A stretch of DNA of 20,000 nt from an uncultured virus (IMG/VR IMGVR_UViG_3300035704_000005) (IMGVR_UViG_3300035704_000005); one strand, 5' to 3'; shown: positions 1-8,206, counted from the first letter of the stretch. Notes: a model not told the origin generated them from the letters alone. Numbers and translations: made by a program.

Positions 1-229
1 CACTGCGGCCTGCTGCACGGCCGCCCAGCATCCTGGTTGCCGAGGTCTCCCAATTGCACACCACTGCTACGCCCGTGCGCTGGAGGTCGGCGTACTCGTC
101 CGCGGTGAGCAGCTTGCCGGGCAGCCCTGGGCCGCCGGAGCTGAGGTAGCGCACAACGAACTGGTATCCGTTCGCCACGATGGCCGCGCCACCTGGGCGC
201 CCACCTGCGTAATCGAGGCCGAGGATCAT
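1..229 (-). CDS. Endolysin, N-terminal part: DUF1906 / Rv2525c-like (GH25-related) glycoside hydrolase; truncated by window edge
   Basis: Not in the ORF track. Manual translation from ATG at 229 gives MILGLDYAGGRPGGAAIVANGYQFVVRYLSSGGPGLPGKLLTADEYADLQRTGVAVVCNWETSATRMLGGRAAGRS, open to base 1. The LDY...G.F.VRY...K.LT..E...NWE pattern is typical of DUF1906. AAGGGG RBS upstream; follows holin-like genes. Confidence 0.85.
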   Translation of the reverse strand, partial: MILGLDYAGGRPGGAAIVANGYQFVVRYLSSGGPGLPGKLLTADEYADLQRTGVAVVCNWETSATRMLGGRAAGRS

Positions 230-233
230 CGGC

Positions 234-314
234 TTACCCCTTGTTTTTATCCTTCCCGAGTAGCTTCTTAATCAGCTTCCATTCGGTGAGCCACTTGATG
301 ATTTTTGAAATCAT
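234..314 (-). CDS. 26-aa cationic amphipathic peptide (MISKIIKWLTEWKLIKKLLGKDKNKG), putative lysis accessory
   Basis: Manual translation: ATG at 314, TAA at 234-236. GAGG RBS upstream (GTGAGGCGGTCATG). Fills the gap between the 322 stop and the endolysin start almost exactly. Confidence 0.65.
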   Translation of the reverse strand: MISKIIKWLTEWKLIKKLLGKDKNKG

Positions 315-321
315 GACCGCC

Positions 322-813
322 TCACGTCCCAGGAACTACGTGCTTGACACCACAATCTAAGTTATCGGCGCTCTTTTGTAGCACCAAATACAGCTGGTCA
401 TACTGGGCGGCCCCGCCAGTAAATTTATCTCTGGCTGCCGGGCTGTAGAAGTTGATGAATGTGCCGTACAGATTGCAAGTCTCGTGGATACTCGTAGCCA
501 ATCGAGCTTGCTGGGCTTGCAACTGGGAAATAAGCGCATCATTCTGGTGACTCACACTGTAAACGTTAATACCAAGGATGAGGCCTGCAACCGTGACGAG
601 AATATCAAAGACAACAAACCCCGCACCGCCCTTGAGCCAAGCCCATGTGCTCTTCTGCTCTTGCTGGAGTTTCGTGACCTCAGGGGTAAGCTCGGCAATC
701 GTCTTCCGCAGCTGCTCCATTCGATCGGTAATAGCACTCTCAGGTCCCACAACGGTGGCAGGAGATGCTTCTACAGCTTCCGGGCTAACGTGCGGGTCGG
801 CAGGCGTTGTCAT
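322..813 (-). CDS. Single-pass membrane protein with coiled coils and a Cys pair, in the lysis cassette
   Basis: ORF 322..819; ATG at 813 is better spaced from the AGGGG RBS. Coiled coil (MEQLRKTIAEL...LQQEQ), hydrophobic segment FVVFDILVTVAGLILGINVY, then coiled coil and C-NLYGTF...LD-C. Confidence 0.75.
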   Translation of the reverse strand: MTTPADPHVSPEAVEASPATVVGPESAITDRMEQLRKTIAELTPEVTKLQQEQKSTWAWLKGGAGFVVFDILVTVAGLILGINVYSVSHQNDALISQLQAQQARLATSIHETCNLYGTFINFYSPAARDKFTGGAAQYDQLYLVLQKSADNLDCGVKHVVPGT

Positions 814-1012
814 CTTCACCCCTACGTGTCTTAGCGTGCTCTACTTCTCGCCGTAGAGCTACGACAGTTTCATCTATTTGATCCATCAACTCAGCTAGTT
901 TCTTCCGAGTTTGAAGAGATATTTCGATCGTTTCTTCTTGGGCAGTTAGCCTTGCAGCCTGTGCACTATCCTCTTCATCGGGGCTCCTATTTCCTTGCTC
1001 TGGAATGGTCAT
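785..1012 (-). CDS. Small acidic coiled-coil protein of the lysis cassette, function unknown
   Basis: 75-aa ORF, ATGA-coupled to the stop of the holin-like gene; helical heptad pattern; overlaps the next gene by about 29 bp. Confidence 0.6.
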   Translation of the reverse strand: MTIPEQGNRSPDEEDSAQAARLTAQEETIEISLQTRKKLAELMDQIDETVVALRREVEHAKTRRGEDDNACRPAR

Positions 1013-1263
1013 TGCAACCTTCTTATCTCGGTAGTGGCGTCGCTCATGACGGATCGTGCGGCAATACCGAGGGCCAGGTACTTCTGGATTTCGTCATTCA
1101 ACGATTTGACCTCGGCCTCAAACCTGTCTGCCCGCGCATTGGCATCTTTAAGGTTTTTCATCAACTGGAGATACATAACCCCAACGGCGAATAGCAATAC
1201 CGCGATGAAAACCCCAGCCAGGCCGTACTTACTAAAGAATCCGAGGAGGTCACTTAAGCCCAT
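1009..1263 (-). CDS. Holin-like membrane protein (one TM plus coiled coil)
   Basis: 84 aa with TM GLAGVFIAVLLFAVGVMYL and a coiled-coil C-terminus; GAGG RBS; lies between tail genes and endolysin. Confidence 0.65.
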   Translation of the reverse strand: MGLSDLLGFFSKYGLAGVFIAVLLFAVGVMYLQLMKNLKDANARADRFEAEVKSLNDEIQKYLALGIAARSVMSDATTEIRRLQ

Positions 1264-1275
1264 CGGCCGACCTCT

Positions 1276-2088
1276 CTATTGGGCGGCACTCTCCAAGTGG
1301 GCTACCCTATTTTCTAGCTCAGTCGTCCGGTGTCGTTCCTCTCGAAGAGCCGCCCAGAGCACCCCAATAAGATCCTGCATCCCATAACCGCGGTTCTTGA
1401 CGCCTCGCACGAGCCAAGGCGCATGCAGGGCAAGGTCATCAACCATCGGTCCGGCATGCTCGTCGGCGTCATCTCGGAGCTTCCGGCGCCACTTCCACCG
1501 ATAGGACGGCACTGCGTCTATCAGCTCTCCTGCCGAGAATTCGTGTATATTTTCTTTGAGTCGCCGCTCGGATGGAGTGATAACGTGCCCGAATAAAGCC
1601 CAGTTGTCACCCGTCACTCCAACATCTCCATGCTGCACACCGAAGTGCCCGGTACTGAACACGTTAAGTGCGTTGATTTGGTTTTGAGTGGTTCCGTCAC
1701 CCACGGGGCCGTAGTGAAAGCCGAAGGCATTACCATGCAAATCTCCGTAGTGGTTATGCGCCTCGGTCGGTGTACCTACGTCGCCATGATGGATACCGGT
1801 AGTGTCGCCAGTAACCGGCCCATTGAAGTTCTTAGATGAGATAGGCCTAAGATCTCGGCCTACCCCATCAGTGACCGCAACAGCCCCGCCGGACAACGAC
1901 AAAGACACGTCATGATCTCGCGCTCCCAGTACAGGGTTCTCAGCCCCTGGCACCATATGAAGCACATTGTCGCTATTATCTCGCATCTGATCAGACGGCC
2001 GACTAACCGCACGGGTTAGCTCGTTTATCTGCCGCTGCATGTTCGCAAAACGCTCTAATAGACTATCGAGTGTGGGAGTGACCGGCAT
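1276..2088 (-). CDS. Tail spike/fibre protein with C-terminal intramolecular chaperone (peptidase S74-like)
   Basis: N-terminal coiled coil (LLERFANMQRQINEL), Gly/His-rich middle, then SERRLKENI...Y.W.W...GPMVDDL...PWLV...LIGVLWAALREE plus coiled coil, matching the S-[DE]-x-R-L-K autocleavage chaperone pattern. Confidence 0.8.
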   Translation of the reverse strand: MPVTPTLDSLLERFANMQRQINELTRAVSRPSDQMRDNSDNVLHMVPGAENPVLGARDHDVSLSLSGGAVAVTDGVGRDLRPISSKNFNGPVTGDTTGIHHGDVGTPTEAHNHYGDLHGNAFGFHYGPVGDGTTQNQINALNVFSTGHFGVQHGDVGVTGDNWALFGHVITPSERRLKENIHEFSAGELIDAVPSYRWKWRRKLRDDADEHAGPMVDDLALHAPWLVRGVKNRGYGMQDLIGVLWAALREERHRTTELENRVAHLESAAQ

Positions 2089-2089
2089 G

Positions 2090-5000
2090 CTAGAGACTCC
2101 CTACTGGTAGCGGGTTAGTATCTGTGATAGTCACCCAGGGCTTCTCAGTGCCGCTTAGCCCAGCAATGCGTCTCGTGTACAGCCCATCAGGAACAATCGG
2201 GTCATTACGAACATCAATCGAGAAATCTTCGCCTACCCGGTAAGTGCCAACCATGGGGTCAGAGTCCGCGGGCACCGCAGTTTGGAAAGCCACCACAGGC
2301 TGTTTATACGCGGTGAGCGCGGCATTGCTCTTGGTCAGTAGAATCGGATAAGAGATCTCTGAGGTGTTCGAGTTGTCCACCTCTTCGAGCATGGGCCACC
2401 CGATGTTGAGCAAGCTCGCATCCTGCGAGTGGGCAATCAGCCGGTCTCGCGACTGCCCAGAGCCAGGAGTCCACACCCCGAAAGCCATATTTGAGCCATC
2501 ACCGTTGAGTCCGATGATGGAATTGACATCCGAGTCAAACACCCAGGCTGTAGTGTTGCGGCCTAGATGCGGGTTTCCTATCTGCATCACCCAAGTCAGG
2601 TAATCTCCGTCAGCACCGGCCGCGATTCTAGGGTCAAATCGAATCTCTGGCCCATCGGCCTCGGTCATGAGGGCTTTCAGTTTGTCCCAGGTGTTCGCCA
2701 ATTCGTACCCGTAATAAATACGAGCATCCAACCCAGAACCGCCCGGATCAACAACGGTGATCGGCAGGTTGTAGCCGACGCCTACCATGGCTTGATTTAC
2801 CAAGGCTGCGGCTACGTGGGGTTTTGTTGCGCTGGGTCCGAAGGTGGTATCAGCTGTTGGATCGACAGCCGAGATAGCGCCTGGCGCGATAAGCGGACGC
2901 TTGGTGAATATCTTGCCGATTTCAGCGCCGTTTACCGTGATCTTGCTGGGAACTGGACGAGCCACACCCAGATACGGTCCGGCCCAAACAACATTGTTTC
3001 CCCACTTCAGCACCAAGGAGAATCGCCATGGCCCGCTGAGGATCTCGCGTAGCATAATCCTGGGGTCACGCTCGTCTTGGTCTGATAGAGTATCCCAGGT
3101 ATTCTCTACCGAGAGATCTGCCTGTATTGTGCCCACATCGTTGAGCTTGCTAGACCAGCTCGTAGTTTCCATGGGCAATTCCCACATCATCCGCCCGGTA
3201 CGGGTGTCGGCCACCCAGAGTGCGTAACTCGGAGCCACCAGCGGAGACACCGGGATGTAAGGCGGTTTGCTGGGCAAGATAGCCAGTAGCACTTCACCAA
3301 CTGGCCCGCTGTATCGAGCCCCAGCCGGTGAGGCTGTGCCCGCGATGACATCGGCACCGACACCGATGGAGATAAGCCCGGCTGGCCCGAGATACCGGGC
3401 GGCCGAGGGTGAGCTTGCTGCGAGCGGAAGATCTATGCCCATAGAGCCGTCAGGCCCGTAGTACCGCACTCCTGTAGGCGAGTCGCTGAGGATTGCAACG
3501 ACTAGACCAGCTGGGCCGCCATCGCGCTCGGCCGAAGGAGTATCGGACAGCACGATATCGATGGCCAGCCCGCCGTCAGGGCCTGCAAATCGCGTACCGC
3601 TCGCTGCGTCCCCTGCAACCACGATTCCCAGGGCCAGCAGGCCGTCAGGACCGCAGTACCGGCTACCCGTGGGTGAGTCGGTAAGAGCGACTCCGCCCGC
3701 GGCAGCTGCGTCTACAGAGCCGTCTGGCCCGTAGTAGCGACCAGCGGAGGGGCTATCCGTCAGGGCTAGACCAAGGGCCACGGACCCAACTGGGCCAGCG
3801 CATCGCACACCACTTGGCCGGTCGGTGATGCTGAGATCGACAGCGACCAAGCCGTCAGGCCCGTAGAACCGCACCGCGGACGGCATATCCGGCCCCAGGG
3901 AAACCCCTAGGCTGGCCGTGCCATCTGGGCCGTAGTCCCGCTCTGCCGAGGGGCTATCCGTCAGGGTTACCCCGATGGCTAAAGAGCCGTCAGGGCCGGA
4001 CTGGCGGGCCGCGGTGGGAGTGTCCGTGAGGATGGTGGCGATGACCAGCACGCCGTCCGGCCCGCTGCTGCGCTGCGCGGCAGGGGTGTCCCCGGCTAGC
4101 GCAACGCTGAACCCGGATCCGGTCGGCCCCGCGGCGCGTTGCGCGCTCGGAGTGTCACCAGTAATGCTGTTAGGTGTGTTCGCCTGCCGTGAAGGCGAGT
4201 CTCCGTCAGTTAACCCATTATCCCAAGACCACCCGGTACTGTCGCCATCGTTATAGCTCGTTATCGAGCTAACAATGTCGTAATAAGCACAAGCGACATC
4301 GAAGGTATCGCCAGACGTTGCAGTACCTTCGATGGACATTCCCACAAAAGCTGTGTTAGCCGGAGCGGTGTACCCGGAGAACTGGATTGCCTGTGCTGTG
4401 CTAGAAAGCGTGACATTCTGCGAAGGGTTTGGAGTGAGGAAGCTTCCGTTAGCATCAGTGAAATTCAACCAGCATGTTGTGGTGTTACCTGGGGTAATTG
4501 TTCCTTTGGCCTCGACGTAGATAGACCACGTCTCCCCAACACTTGCTGGCGCAACTGGGAGATTGATGTTTGGGTCACTAGCAACACCAGCAGAACCACC
4601 AACGACGACATGCAAACCGGTTGGGCGGCTAAATCCAGTCTCGGCAGGCTGAGTAACTGTTGTCCCGGCTGCCGTAAACCAAAAATCTTGGTAAGTCTTG
4701 GCTGTCGGGTTCCAACAACGGTTAGCATTTGATGTAGGTGGGGTTACCAGCACATGATTAGGATCAGAAAACTGCACCCAACCAAAGCCTGTAGTTACAT
4801 CAGAACCTTGCGAAGCACCATTGGCAACCAAGTCCCGGAAGAATTGGTTACCGCCGTAATTCATAGTTCCGGTGAATGACGTTGTGACGCTGTTCTGTGC
4901 CTGGTAACCTATTTCTACGACAACACGGTCGCCAGCCTGCACTGCCACAGTACTGATTGCTACGTCTAGTGCCGAGATGCCCGCTGCGGTAGTGGTGAAT

Positions 5001-5368
5001 TCAACGGTTCCGGTGTTGTTAGTTAGTAGCGTTCCGCGTGGGGTGTCCGTACTCCCTGACGTAACGTACATGTGAACGCGCAGAAAATCATTGGCGCTGA
5101 GGCTGGATTCTTTGACACCGACTGCCCAGGAAACAACACCAGAAAGGTTCCCAGCTGCCACTGCAGGCGCAGAGATCCACCTACCCCATAGCACGTTATA
5201 TGGGTTGGTGGTGACCGCTTCTGCTATAGCCACTGTAGTAGGTGCACCCGCATCATGCACGGCACCCAGCAGCTTGGTAACGGCGCTAGTAGTAGTGCTC
5301 CATGTGCCTCGGATAGTAGGGGGTGTGTAAGGGGCCGCTGTGTTATTGAAATAGAGCCGTGTAGCCAC
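2090..5368 (-). CDS. Large minor tail protein: N-terminal beta domains, 13 GPxG repeats, C-terminal baseplate hub (Tal / Sipho Gp37-like) domain
   Basis: 1092 aa, GTG start with AAGGGGG RBS. The C-terminal ~380 aa start YALWVADTRTGRMMWELP...WSSKLNDVGTI...VVWAGP and end Y.VGEDFSI..., typical of actinophage hub proteins. Confidence 0.75.
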   Translation of the reverse strand: MATRLYFNNTAAPYTPPTIRGTWSTTTSAVTKLLGAVHDAGAPTTVAIAEAVTTNPYNVLWGRWISAPAVAAGNLSGVVSWAVGVKESSLSANDFLRVHMYVTSGSTDTPRGTLLTNNTGTVEFTTTAAGISALDVAISTVAVQAGDRVVVEIGYQAQNSVTTSFTGTMNYGGNQFFRDLVANGASQGSDVTTGFGWVQFSDPNHVLVTPPTSNANRCWNPTAKTYQDFWFTAAGTTVTQPAETGFSRPTGLHVVVGGSAGVASDPNINLPVAPASVGETWSIYVEAKGTITPGNTTTCWLNFTDANGSFLTPNPSQNVTLSSTAQAIQFSGYTAPANTAFVGMSIEGTATSGDTFDVACAYYDIVSSITSYNDGDSTGWSWDNGLTDGDSPSRQANTPNSITGDTPSAQRAAGPTGSGFSVALAGDTPAAQRSSGPDGVLVIATILTDTPTAARQSGPDGSLAIGVTLTDSPSAERDYGPDGTASLGVSLGPDMPSAVRFYGPDGLVAVDLSITDRPSGVRCAGPVGSVALGLALTDSPSAGRYYGPDGSVDAAAAGGVALTDSPTGSRYCGPDGLLALGIVVAGDAASGTRFAGPDGGLAIDIVLSDTPSAERDGGPAGLVVAILSDSPTGVRYYGPDGSMGIDLPLAASSPSAARYLGPAGLISIGVGADVIAGTASPAGARYSGPVGEVLLAILPSKPPYIPVSPLVAPSYALWVADTRTGRMMWELPMETTSWSSKLNDVGTIQADLSVENTWDTLSDQDERDPRIMLREILSGPWRFSLVLKWGNNVVWAGPYLGVARPVPSKITVNGAEIGKIFTKRPLIAPGAISAVDPTADTTFGPSATKPHVAAALVNQAMVGVGYNLPITVVDPGGSGLDARIYYGYELANTWDKLKALMTEADGPEIRFDPRIAAGADGDYLTWVMQIGNPHLGRNTTAWVFDSDVNSIIGLNGDGSNMAFGVWTPGSGQSRDRLIAHSQDASLLNIGWPMLEEVDNSNTSEISYPILLTKSNAALTAYKQPVVAFQTAVPADSDPMVGTYRVGEDFSIDVRNDPIVPDGLYTRRIAGLSGTEKPWVTITDTNPLPVGSL
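3275..4165 (-). repeat. 13 degenerate tandem ~22-aa (~66-bp) coding repeats, consensus (L/I)TD(S/T)PS(A/G)xRxxGPDGxLxxGxx
   Basis: 13 GP[DTVA]G cores counted in the translation, each preceded by an invariant Arg three residues upstream. Confidence 0.9.
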
Positions 5369-5397
5369 GCACGGCCCCCTTCACAGATGAGTACTTA

Positions 5398-6024
5398 TTA
5401 CGGCACAAAGATATGAGCGATGCCCTGAGCGTTGAAATTGTAGGTAAATGCACCGCCTTGGCCCGTTTTGTCTGAACCGAAGTCGAAGTACCCTATGAGC
5501 GGTTGAGTTGCTGCGGTGCCCGGCGTGCGGTCCGAGAGGACTAAGTACCGGCAAGGACCAAAGGTGGCCGTCGCCCAGCTCGGACTGGTGGCGTTGAAGG
5601 CGATGATGCCGGACCCCACACACTCCCAGGTAACTCCACCATCGGTCACGGTCGTACCGACGACGGTAGGCCAGGTAGGAGCGGAAGTGCTGGACGTGCC
5701 AGCGACTGCACAGCGGTAGAGGAACCCGTTGCCGGAGGCAGGCCGGATGACGAAATCGAGCGCGTAGGCCGTGCTCGCTGTCCAAGTCGTAGACCAAGAA
5801 TTAGCCGCGGTGTAGGTGCAAGTACAGCTGGCCAGCGTGAGCCCGCCAACTGTGTACCCGTTGGCTGTCGTCAGCTCATTGCTCAAGTCGGAAACATAAG
5901 CGTGAGTATCTTTGCTGGGTGAATAAGTCACTGTGTGTAGAGTTGCTTTAATCGTGTCCGTGGTAAATGCAATTTCCTTATTCCAAGCCTTTACCGGAGC
6001 TTGGCGGAACCAGTTAAAGCTCAC
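5398..6024 (-). CDS. Minor tail protein with internal carbohydrate-binding-like insert
   Basis: 208 aa. The DTIKATL...Y.P..DTH.Y.SDL.NE....GYT.GG and W..AT..F...PLIGYFDFGSD...G.F...F...GI motifs are typical of an actinophage minor tail family. GAGG RBS. Confidence 0.75.
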   Translation of the reverse strand: MSFNWFRQAPVKAWNKEIAFTTDTIKATLHTVTYSPSKDTHAYVSDLSNELTTANGYTVGGLTLASCTCTYTAANSWSTTWTASTAYALDFVIRPASGNGFLYRCAVAGTSSTSAPTWPTVVGTTVTDGGVTWECVGSGIIAFNATSPSWATATFGPCRYLVLSDRTPGTAATQPLIGYFDFGSDKTGQGGAFTYNFNAQGIAHIFVP

Positions 6025-6063
6025 TGTGCCTCATCTCATTAGGCCGCAGCGGGCCTGTCATCA

Positions 6064-7251
6064 CTACTGGATTTCGATTGTCCCTGCAATAGTCAACACC
6101 GCAGCTGGCCCGTCACTGAAAGCTCCTGAGATGTTCGGCGTACCTGTGCCCACACCTGTCACTCCGCCATAGCCTTGCACCGCCAACTCCCAGATGCTTG
6201 CATTAGCTGGGCCGATCGGGAATCGAGGGGCCAAACCATTAGAGTTAGGGCCGATGTAACAAAGCCCAGCCCAGACTGTCTTAGTTACAGAGCCGCTGTA
6301 CCACAAGCACGGAATGTGAGTTTCGCCAAGATTTCGAGATACGAAACCAGGAGGTAATGTGGTGTTGATCGGCCCGGCGCCTCCACTAAATCCCGAACTA
6401 CCCCAGGTAAATGTATAGGCAATATCGAGTCGTTTACCCTGCTGCAAATACCGACCGACGACGCTACCCCCGGTACCGAGGACGACGGTTCCCGCAGAAA
6501 TACCCCCAGCTCCGTTGCAATGCAGCACAGGTGACCAGCTAGACCACACAGCAGGCGAGGCAATGACAAGCCACGCCGTGCCGTCCCAACCTTCGTAGTT
6601 CTTGTTATTCATGTTGTATCGGACTTGCCCCGGATACGCGCCAATCCGCGTGTCCTGAGCAGACATCGGATAAATGCCACCCTGGGCCGCTACAAATATC
6701 CGCCGGTCCGAGATGTCCGAGTTAAGAATGCTTGTTGTGTTCGCTCGGACAGTCACAGCCGCTAAAACAATGTCCCCATCGGTGAGCTGGCCGACCGGCT
6801 CAGCCGGGCTGCCGCCGGGCGTGCCAGATAGCACAATCGCGTCGTAGGTGCGCACAGACGAACCCACACCGTCAATGCCCAGGTCTCGCACCCGCATACA
6901 GACGTAATCGATACGGGGGTTGGTGTTCGACGCAGGAATCGTGACTGAGAAAGCTGCATTGCTCGTGCCGATGTACGGCCCGCCGGAAGCCCGGTTAATA
7001 ATCAGCTGACCCGGCTGCACAAGAACCGTCATGTTGGCCGAGGGGCTCGCCTGCGACACCAAGTAGTCGGTAATCGAAGCTGCGTTCGAGTCGCCCGGAA
7101 ACACACCAGCAGCCCACTGGAAGGTTTGAGCCGGAGCAGGCTGAGAAAGGGCTCCTGCGGCGTACCTGAATGCCTGAGCGGTATCGCCATTGTTGTTCGT
7201 AGTGTCTTTGTCTATGTAGCCCGGCTGCTGATGGGGTGAGATGTTAGCCAT
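6064..7251 (-). CDS. Minor tail / baseplate protein with possible receptor-binding C-terminal domain
   Basis: 395 aa directly after Dit; N-terminal V.PGQ...NPRIDYV...LAAVTV.A...I.D.R motif; YPGQ..Y...WDGTAW linker; beta-rich C-terminus (GRYLQQGK...LP). Confidence 0.75.
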   Translation of the reverse strand: MANISPHQQPGYIDKDTTNNNGDTAQAFRYAAGALSQPAPAQTFQWAAGVFPGDSNAASITDYLVSQASPSANMTVLVQPGQLIINRASGGPYIGTSNAAFSVTIPASNTNPRIDYVCMRVRDLGIDGVGSSVRTYDAIVLSGTPGGSPAEPVGQLTDGDIVLAAVTVRANTTSILNSDISDRRIFVAAQGGIYPMSAQDTRIGAYPGQVRYNMNNKNYEGWDGTAWLVIASPAVWSSWSPVLHCNGAGGISAGTVVLGTGGSVVGRYLQQGKRLDIAYTFTWGSSGFSGGAGPINTTLPPGFVSRNLGETHIPCLWYSGSVTKTVWAGLCYIGPNSNGLAPRFPIGPANASIWELAVQGYGGVTGVGTGTPNISGAFSDGPAAVLTIAGTIEIQ

Positions 7252-7262
7252 ATATGGACCTT

Positions 7263-8189
7263 TCAGTGCCAGGCAGAGCGCAAGCTCACCGTCATAGAAG
7301 CCAAAGTTGAGAACGAAGTAGACCGCAAGTTGTACGTCACAGTTTGTCCGGGCAGTACCGAGGGCCAGCCGCCAGGAGTCAGCAATGTAGAACGCTGATT
7401 ATTAGAGATGTTGAGATAGACGCCATGCCCAGGAAAGCCCTGCATCGGGAAATCATCACTGTTGATGGTCACCGTGTCGGTAGGGCCGAGGGCTTTGGTA
7501 TAGGTGATAATCGTGCCGTTGGTGATATCGACTATTTGCCAGTTAGCTGCCAGCGGGCCGGATACCGCAAACAACGGGTGCGCAACAGTAGTGCCTGCAT
7601 TGCGCACGGATACCGCAGACGGAGTGCCCGGCGTGCCAAAATCAACGTAGGACGAGAACACCAAGCCGGGGCTGGTGTAGTCGGCCCCTCCTTGCGGGGC
7701 TACGCCTAGCCCACCTATCGGGCTCTGCCACGCCCCATCATGTTTCCGGGGGTCCGGCGTGGCCAGCCGGAGGCTGAATACCGTCTGATTCCACAGCCGC
7801 GGAGTTGATAGAGTTGCGTCATCCAACTCAACCATTACCGACCGGATGAAACCCGACTCGCTAACCAACATCTCGTACAAGCGCGCCGGATCTGAGCACA
7901 CAGCGGCTACGGCTGTCTCAGCATTCCGCATAGCGGCGATGCTGGGCGCCGTGGCCACAACCTCTAGATTCATGATCCGCGGGCCTGTATAGCCCGCAGA
8001 GCGGAAGGATCCTGGGTGGCCTGGCCGATCTGTTCGCACAGTCCGCGGTGCTGGTTTGCCGGTCCACCCATCAAACTTGGTGAGGATCCATTCCACTCCG
8101 TTGGCATCAACGGGCAGCGGGCCACCCTCGACACGAAATAGCCATGTCTGCCCATCGAGGGTGACCGTGGGAAAAATAGGCCCGGTCAC
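7263..8189 (-). CDS. Distal tail protein (Dit)
   Basis: 308 aa immediately downstream of the tape measure; DGW.G.P.PR...R...HG..., L.TPDPRK, V.NAGT..AHP...GP and terminal RSAW motifs. Confidence 0.85.
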   Translation of the reverse strand: MTGPIFPTVTLDGQTWLFRVEGGPLPVDANGVEWILTKFDGWTGKPAPRTVRTDRPGHPGSFRSAGYTGPRIMNLEVVATAPSIAAMRNAETAVAAVCSDPARLYEMLVSESGFIRSVMVELDDATLSTPRLWNQTVFSLRLATPDPRKHDGAWQSPIGGLGVAPQGGADYTSPGLVFSSYVDFGTPGTPSAVSVRNAGTTVAHPLFAVSGPLAANWQIVDITNGTIITYTKALGPTDTVTINSDDFPMQGFPGHGVYLNISNNQRSTLLTPGGWPSVLPGQTVTYNLRSTSFSTLASMTVSLRSAWH

Positions 8190-8206
8190 TACACCTACCC
8201 TCCCAA

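Noticed and set aside
811..819. GTG-AAG-ATG (Met-Lys-Met) start resembling the lambda S107/S105 dual-start motif
   Set aside because: The GTG overlaps the only RBS (AGGGG) and has none of its own, and the protein is not a lambda S-type holin; probably coincidence.
3275..4165. ~66-bp periodicity considered as a CRISPR array or DGR repeat pair
   Set aside because: Repeats are degenerate at synonymous positions and lie in-frame in a CDS; no identical direct repeats, cas genes or reverse transcriptase in the window.
5381..5797. 138-aa alternative-frame ORF within the minor tail gene
   Set aside because: Arg/His-rich off-frame translation with no RBS or recognisable motif.
6041..6056. AGGCC-GCAGCG-GGCCT hairpin between minor tail genes
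   Set aside because: Only a 5-bp stem with no U-tract; insufficient for a terminator call.
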